Assembly: GCA_963665385.1 (NCBI GenBank)
Contig: OY762213.1
Span: 1,058,313 to 1,122,312 of the forward strand
Direction: 5' to 3'
DNA from: Dehalococcoidia bacterium
Lineage (GTDB): Bacteria > Chloroflexota > Dehalococcoidia > UBA6926
Length of the DNA: 64,000 nt
Shown here: piece by piece, positions 59,156-64,000 of the stretch
Layout of the letters: the number at the start of each line of letters is the position of its first letter
How positions within the stretch are numbered: the stretch's first letter is position 1
The notes under the pieces: model-generated
The model's database searches: none
Told to the model about the DNA's origin: nothing
The model's input: the letters and a program-made list of their open reading frames with translations, nothing else
Program-made: the position numbers and the translations under genes

Positions 59156-62104
59156 ATGCCCCCCACGGCCCGGATAACCTTTACGCTCGCCGCTGCATTG
59201 GCGGCGCTGATTCTCGTACTGGCCGCGTGCGAAAGCCCAACCCCAACTCCGACACCTCCCCCCTCCCCAACCCCAACGCCTGAGCCGACACCTGAGCCGG
59301 CCCCCGTGGAGCGTCTGGCCTGGTTCGATGCGCCGACAGATGTCCCGCATTGGGTCGCGTGGAGCGCGCTTCGCCGAATGGCTATTGACGACGAGCCCCT
59401 GAGCCAGCAGATAGCCTCGCTCGAGTGGGTGATTGACGGCATAACCGCCGAAGAGGCCGGTGCCCTCGACGACTTATCTTGGCTTCTTCGAGAGAATCCT
59501 GACATCGCTGCTACAGCCCTGAACCTGCCGTGGATGGCGACGAACGGCGACATTACCCCGGATGACCGGCGCGCCATCCGCGCCGCAGCGGATGCCGACG
59601 CCGAACTCGGCGCTGAGCTTGCCGCCTACGGCTGGCTCCCGGATGGAGCCACGACAGTTGAAGCCGATGCATTGGAAACCCTCGGAGAAATCGTTGCTCC
59701 CGGATTCACCACCCAGACCGCTACCGGCATCGGCGCGATGCGAATAGACCGCTCCGACAGTGGTGCACCGCCATTAGTCTCCCCTGGAAGGCTTGAATTC
59801 GCCTTGTCTCTCTCTCAATTCTCCTGGATGCAAGACGACGTAACATCGCCTGAAAGTGAATTTATCGCCAACCTCAGCGAATTCACTGAAACGGTCGGCA
59901 GCCACCATGCTGACGCGGTGGACACTATCGCGTCCTATGACTGGGTCCAGGACGGGATAGCAACGGACGAGCCTGATTCGCTGTTGAGCTATGGGCCCCT
60001 CTTCGAGGCTGCAGGCGAGGAAGACGGCGATGTACTGGAGATCATCCTCGAATACGAGTGGATTGCAGATAACCTGCTTTCAACTGAAACGCGCTATGTT
60101 GGGATACTCACTTCCCTCCTCAACGCCGGTTCTGCTGATGATGCCGACGTAATTCGAACAATGGTTAGCTACCGTTGGCTCGCGGGCTCGATCAATCCCC
60201 CTGAATATGTCCTGCTCAATGAATTCACCAATCTTCTGCGCGTGGAGGAAACCGAAGGAGCGGATTATCGTCAAGACATACTGGGTTTTGACTGGCTCTC
60301 GGACGAAGTCACCACCGAAGAAATCGCCGGTTTCCAGCTCCTGTCCAATTCCGTCGAACACCTCTTGCCGCAACGCCCGGACGCCCTGGATTCCCTGCTC
60401 GCATATGAATGGCTGCAGGATGATGTCCGGGAAGACGAAGTTTCCTCAATCCGCGCATTGGGGCGAGTTATTGGACACTACGGTGTCGATACCGACGACT
60501 TCATCGGCGCTTTAGTCGCACGACCCTGGCTGCGCGACGGCGTACAGGAGAACGAAGATCGGCTTCTGGACGAATACGACGACTACTTGTCTTATGAACG
60601 TCCTCCTGACACTACCGTGCCGTCGCGCCTCGCAACGTACCCGTGGCTGGATGATGGTATAGCAGACATTGAATTGTGGTTCATTGACTCAGCAATGACC
60701 TTCCATCGTGAGTTCTCCTCAATCGCTCCCGAAACCGCTAATGCCATCATCCAGAATTCAGGATTGGATCCTGATTCCCTTGAAGGTGTTATAGACATAT
60801 TCTGGAACTTCAGAGAGGTCGTAGCTGCATCCAATTCAGTGTATGACGGCAACCTTACTCTCGAAATTACTCGCCTCCCCTGGTTGTTTGATGGCATGGA
60901 ACGTTTGGAAGGTCGGTGGTTGTCCGAATACGCCTGGCTCTTGCGTGAGCTCGATGGAGGGAACGAGGAATTGGCGCGTTCCCTACTCGCTCGGCCGTGG
61001 GCTCGCGACGGAATCTCAGCCCAGGAGCAGGAATGGACGCATCAGTATCGCCGCCTTTTGGAGGAAATACCCGCAGAATCCCGCGGAATGGCACTCGAAT
61101 TCGCTGACTTCCCTTGGTTTCAGGAGCAGATTGATTTCATGGCGGCGGGAATCATGGGCAGAGTGGCCCTCCTCGCCCTCAATAACGATCCGGTTATTAC
61201 TGACCAGAATTGGTTCGGTGAAGGGATCAGCGAGTCGGACGTGATTAGGCTAATTGCCCTCCTTGACGCGAAAGCCCGTTCCAAATTCCAGTACGAGGAT
61301 CTATTGGAACAGAACCATATTGCTCAACGGACTGTAACACTCCCACTCGCCGGTGACGTTGGGCTGTACGTCGTACGGCACACGGAGTTCCCGGATGACG
61401 ACCCCACGCTTGACTTGATGGAGCAGGTTATCGTGCACCTCGAAGAGTTCATGGGCGTGCCGTTTCCCCGCAATCCATCCATCACACTGATTATCGAACC
61501 CAGCACTCGGGCGGGAGAAACGCCGCAATTCGGCGTGGCGTACGCCGCCTTATCGCACATTGTTTCCTCCGCCCCTCGCCATAACCCCGGCTTCCATCTT
61601 GCCATCTTTCATGAAATGTCCCACCTGTATTGGGGGGGCCACAACGGCGCCCTGCCATGGTGGAATGAAGGCGCGGCGGGCTTTCTGCCGGACATCGCGC
61701 GGGACGCGCTGGGACATGAAACCCTGGAAGAGCGGCACCATCAACTGCTGTGGGACACGCGAAACGGTTGCTGGCATCAGGGCGTCACTACTATTTCCAG
61801 GTTTTACCACTTGCAGAAAACGCAGCCGCAAGTTGCGCGAGATCGCGGAATCTGCATCTACGCCCTTGGCGAGATATTCCTGATGGAGATGTACCTGCTA
61901 TTGGGTCGGGATGCCACATCCGCCGCGATGCGACAGATATACGTTGATGCCCGTGACTCCGGTTGGCTTGATCCCATCACGGATCAGCAAATCTATGACG
62001 CGTTTCGGGCCAACACGCCGGATGATAAATTCGATGACTTCCGCAGATTGTTCCTGCGCCTCCACGGCGGCTCCCGCGTCGACCTCTCCGAATCGGCCCC
62101 CTAG
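59156..62104 (+). CDS. Large secreted lipoprotein with about 17 copies of a short W-x-D-G repeat and a C-terminal M1-like gluzincin metallopeptidase domain
   Basis: Signal peptide plus lipobox (ALILVLAAC) and a Pro/Thr linker. Repeats of the form Y/F-x-W-[LVI]-x-D-G-[IV]-x-x-x-E (for example YDWVQDGIATDE, YEWLQDDVREDE, RPWLRDGVQENE). C-terminal HEMSHLYW...WWNEGAAGF matches the M1 HExxH-x(n)-E (HELAHQW...WLNEGFA) signature. The repeat region is low-GC. ATG 59156 chosen over the track's 58928, which overlaps the CaiB gene. Confidence 0.7.
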   Translation: MPPTARITFTLAAALAALILVLAACESPTPTPTPPPSPTPTPEPTPEPAPVERLAWFDAPTDVPHWVAWSALRRMAIDDEPLSQQIASLEWVIDGITAEEAGALDDLSWLLRENPDIAATALNLPWMATNGDITPDDRRAIRAAADADAELGAELAAYGWLPDGATTVEADALETLGEIVAPGFTTQTATGIGAMRIDRSDSGAPPLVSPGRLEFALSLSQFSWMQDDVTSPESEFIANLSEFTETVGSHHADAVDTIASYDWVQDGIATDEPDSLLSYGPLFEAAGEEDGDVLEIILEYEWIADNLLSTETRYVGILTSLLNAGSADDADVIRTMVSYRWLAGSINPPEYVLLNEFTNLLRVEETEGADYRQDILGFDWLSDEVTTEEIAGFQLLSNSVEHLLPQRPDALDSLLAYEWLQDDVREDEVSSIRALGRVIGHYGVDTDDFIGALVARPWLRDGVQENEDRLLDEYDDYLSYERPPDTTVPSRLATYPWLDDGIADIELWFIDSAMTFHREFSSIAPETANAIIQNSGLDPDSLEGVIDIFWNFREVVAASNSVYDGNLTLEITRLPWLFDGMERLEGRWLSEYAWLLRELDGGNEELARSLLARPWARDGISAQEQEWTHQYRRLLEEIPAESRGMALEFADFPWFQEQIDFMAAGIMGRVALLALNNDPVITDQNWFGEGISESDVIRLIALLDAKARSKFQYEDLLEQNHIAQRTVTLPLAGDVGLYVVRHTEFPDDDPTLDLMEQVIVHLEEFMGVPFPRNPSITLIIEPSTRAGETPQFGVAYAALSHIVSSAPRHNPGFHLAIFHEMSHLYWGGHNGALPWWNEGAAGFLPDIARDALGHETLEERHHQLLWDTRNGCWHQGVTTISRFYHLQKTQPQVARDRGICIYALGEIFLMEMYLLLGRDATSAAMRQIYVDARDSGWLDPITDQQIYDAFRANTPDDKFDDFRRLFLRLHGGSRVDLSESAP

Positions 62105-62114
62105 CCCCGGGCTG

Positions 62115-62444
62115 TCATTCTGAGCGCAACTCCCCGTCCAGGTGCCGCAGATACTGGAACGTGAAGATTCCCGTTTCATGCGCGTCCGACCATAGGAACT
62201 GCACCGCGTACCGCCCCACCTGCATCCAGTCGATAGCGATCACATCCTCAGGCACGTCGTCCTCAAAGACCACGCGCTGATTCGTCCCCTCCAACACGCA
62301 CATCGCACACGGGCAATTCCCCCGCAGGAACCGATACGGATAATGGCTCCCGTGCCCGTCCTCCCATACCGCGTGGATGCCGTCCGGCTCCAGCCGCAGG
62401 ATCGTGATGCCCGGAAACCGCTCGGGATTCTGTCGCGTCGTCAT
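62115..62444 (-). CDS. DUF971 (gamma-butyrobetaine-hydroxylase-like N-terminal domain) protein
   Basis: ILRLEPDGIHAVWEDGHGSHYPYRFLRGNCPCAMC is the DUF971 signature. Start set at the MTTRQ methionine; the track's longer ORF extends 49 aa upstream. Confidence 0.65.
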   Translation of the reverse strand: MTTRQNPERFPGITILRLEPDGIHAVWEDGHGSHYPYRFLRGNCPCAMCVLEGTNQRVVFEDDVPEDVIAIDWMQVGRYAVQFLWSDAHETGIFTFQYLRHLDGELRSE

Positions 62445-62524
62445 GCGCTCAGTGTACGTCACGCCGTACAATTGACGCATCGAGGCAGACTCTTGAACAA
62501 CGAAGCCACGGGGAGGACGAAACG

Positions 62525-63013
62525 GTGACAGCAGGAAGCAGGCCAATCGGCGAGCCGGGCATCGCGGAGCTGCCAGAGCAGCGAGTCGCATACATCAACA
62601 TGCGTGGTCCGTACGAGCAGTTCCCGGAGGCGATGCACCGCCTCCTCGCGTGGATAGAATCCGCGGGCGCGCAGATAATCGGCCCTCCCGGCGGCACCTA
62701 CAAGGACGACCCCTCCACTACCCCGCCCGACCAACTGAATTGGGACGCATGGGCGCCCATCGCTCCGACAACTCCCGAACAGGACAAGAACGACGATGGC
62801 ATCGGCGTCATCAACGTCCCCGCCGGCCGCTACGCCAGCGTTCTCCATAAAGGGCCATACGATGGCATCCCTGCCTCATACGGCCTGCTCTTCACATGGC
62901 TCGCCCAGCAGCAGATCCAACCCGCCGCCCCGCCCATGGAGGTCTACTTCTCAGACCCGGCCAACACTGCTGAGGCAGACCTAATCACAGAAGTCCGCGT
63001 ACTTATCATGTAG
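62525..63013 (+). CDS. GyrI-like small-molecule-binding domain protein
   Basis: VAYINMRGPYEQ...AGRYASVLHKGPYDGIPASYGLLFTWL...EVYFSDP is typical of the GyrI-like (AraC effector-binding) fold. GTG start. Confidence 0.6.
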   Translation: MTAGSRPIGEPGIAELPEQRVAYINMRGPYEQFPEAMHRLLAWIESAGAQIIGPPGGTYKDDPSTTPPDQLNWDAWAPIAPTTPEQDKNDDGIGVINVPAGRYASVLHKGPYDGIPASYGLLFTWLAQQQIQPAAPPMEVYFSDPANTAEADLITEVRVLIM

Positions 63014-63024
63014 TTCGCCGAACG

Positions 63025-63453
63025 ATGCTCGCACGCGTCTCTACTGCGGCGATCTTCATCGGGTTCGCACTCCTCTGTATGGCGTGCTCTGATGAGTGGA
63101 AACAGGTTGAAGTCGAAGACGCGTTGGCGGCAGGCCCACCAACAGGCCTCGAACCGGCCTCTCCTGAACAGGTTGCTCAACTCGCCCTGCAGCGCGCCGA
63201 CCGTATACCGTCGACTACAATTTCTGTCAAAAAGATGACCAGAGAGGAACTCTCCTTCTCGCGTCTGATAACTGTAGACATTCCTGACGATTCCCTCGTG
63301 TGGGTAGTTCTCTATGGCGGCCCTGTGCCGGATGATGCTTCGCGTGTCTATCAGCAAGTCTGCGTACTTGACGTGAGAACTTTGGCAGATCACGGCTGCC
63401 AATACACTGCCAAGCGCATGCCACCCGTCGCGCGGACGGCCCTGGCAGGCTAG
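63025..63453 (+). CDS. Hypothetical lipoprotein
   Basis: Signal peptide with a lipobox-like LLCMACS. No recognisable domain. Confidence 0.5.
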   Translation: MLARVSTAAIFIGFALLCMACSDEWKQVEVEDALAAGPPTGLEPASPEQVAQLALQRADRIPSTTISVKKMTREELSFSRLITVDIPDDSLVWVVLYGGPVPDDASRVYQQVCVLDVRTLADHGCQYTAKRMPPVARTALAG

Positions 63454-63467
63454 CCGGCCCTTATTCC

Positions 63468-64000
63468 TTACGTCAGCGCCGGCGCCAACGACGGCGACCT
63501 GCGGTGTTTCGTCCCCTGCTCGAAGGCAAACGCGTAGTTGAGAAGCGTCGCCTCCGTCCACGGCGTGGAGATCATCTCCAAACCAACAGGATGACCGTCC
63601 ACCGTATACCCGGCCGGTACCGTAATGGCGGGATAGCCGCTCCACGCAGAGAGATGACAGTTACTCCCCGTCTGGGCTTTGCCGATCGGCGCAGGCGGCA
63701 AACTCAACGTCGGATACACAAGCGCATCCAGGTTGTGCTCTGCCATCGCAGACTGGACCGCGGTCTGCGTGAATTCCGTGCTCTCAGCCAACGCCTTCAA
63801 TGCCTCCGGCGAATTCGTTCCGCCAGTCGGCGTGTACGGCATGATAAGCGGCGCGCCGGAATCAATCTCTCGCAACTCCTCATAGGTCACCGGCGCGAGA
63901 TCGCCAAGACCCTTGAGATACGCATCGAGAGCATCGCCGTTCTCATACAGCCAGCGCCCCCACGTATTGTCGCCTTGCGAGAGGATGGTCTCTCCATGCA
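63468..64000 (-). CDS. Amidase-signature family amidase (C-terminal part; the gene continues beyond the window end)
   Basis: My minus-strand translation is open to position 64000. The C-terminal region GYPAITVPAGYTVDGHPVGLEMISTPWTEATLLNYAFAFEQ is typical of AS-family amidases (GatA-like). Confidence 0.7.
   Translation of the reverse strand, partial: HGETILSQGDNTWGRWLYENGDALDAYLKGLGDLAPVTYEELREIDSGAPLIMPYTPTGGTNSPEALKALAESTEFTQTAVQSAMAEHNLDALVYPTLSLPPAPIGKAQTGSNCHLSAWSGYPAITVPAGYTVDGHPVGLEMISTPWTEATLLNYAFAFEQGTKHRRSPSLAPALT

Noticed and set aside
1-64000. tRNA, rRNA and CRISPR arrays
   Set aside because: Intergenic regions were scanned by eye for T-loop-like GGTTCGAATCC motifs and for regularly spaced repeats. 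None was found, and all sizeable gaps are accounted for by promoters or short leaders.

Overview
The window is high-GC (about 65%) bacterial chromosomal DNA with a Chloroflexota/Thermomicrobia-like gene repertoire. That assignment is an inference from gene content (an 11-subunit nuo operon lacking nuoEFG, a membrane Ser/Thr kinase-like protein with a zinc ribbon, a split methylmalonyl-CoA mutase); the ABCD-HIJKLMN operon form is also found in other phyla.

Gene content, in order:
- a degenerate membrane protein-kinase-like gene (minus strand, runs off the 5' edge), then holA and an orphan DppD/OppD-type ABC ATPase
- a complete nuoABCDHIJK-(64-aa ORF)-LMN operon
- two tandem double-VOC (glyoxalase/methylmalonyl-CoA-epimerase-like) paralogs
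- nadK, a short-form ArgA-type GNAT, a NUDIX gene, a GYD-domain gene, and an orphan xanthine-dehydrogenase-family molybdopterin subunit
- an AlkD-like HEAT-repeat gene, ruvB, def, cca, secD, secF, an alpha/beta hydrolase, a DedA gene
- ACT-malic enzyme, thiI, an S41 C-terminal protease, hflX, dtd, and two tandem FmdB zinc-ribbon genes
- the conserved rpsB-tsf-pyrH-frr-uppS-cdsA-dxr-rseP-[insert]-ispG block
- a split methylmalonyl-CoA mutase (catalytic subunit and B12 subunit) separated by two more double-VOC paralogs
- yceD-rpmF, fabD, nusB, acpP, a family-4 UDG, RNase J, and a double CaiB/BaiF CoA-transferase fusion
- a 982-aa lipoprotein built from about 17 short W-x-D-G repeats ending in an M1-like gluzincin domain
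- DUF971, GyrI-like and lipoprotein genes, and an amidase running off the 3' edge

No tRNA, rRNA or CRISPR was detected by eye.

Most interesting observation: a single-gene islet of about 1.2 kb with clearly low GC (about 45-50%), inserted between rseP and ispG inside the otherwise universally conserved dxr-rseP-ispG cluster. It has its own near-consensus sigma70-like promoter. It encodes a two-domain protein whose C-terminus has the DNPH1/nucleoside-2-deoxyribosyltransferase-like motif (LVADFT ... GSVYYEAGFAHGLG) and whose N-terminal half (about 210 aa) matches nothing I recognise. I read this as a horizontally acquired nucleotide/NAD-targeting conflict (defence or toxin) module.

Other notable items:
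- the repeat-lipoprotein-gluzincin gene, whose repeat region is also low-GC
- four paralogous double-VOC genes, two of them embedded in the mutase locus
- a small ORF plus tandem direct repeats inside the nuo operon
- a pseudokinase
- a tandem FmdB pair with a His-rich tail
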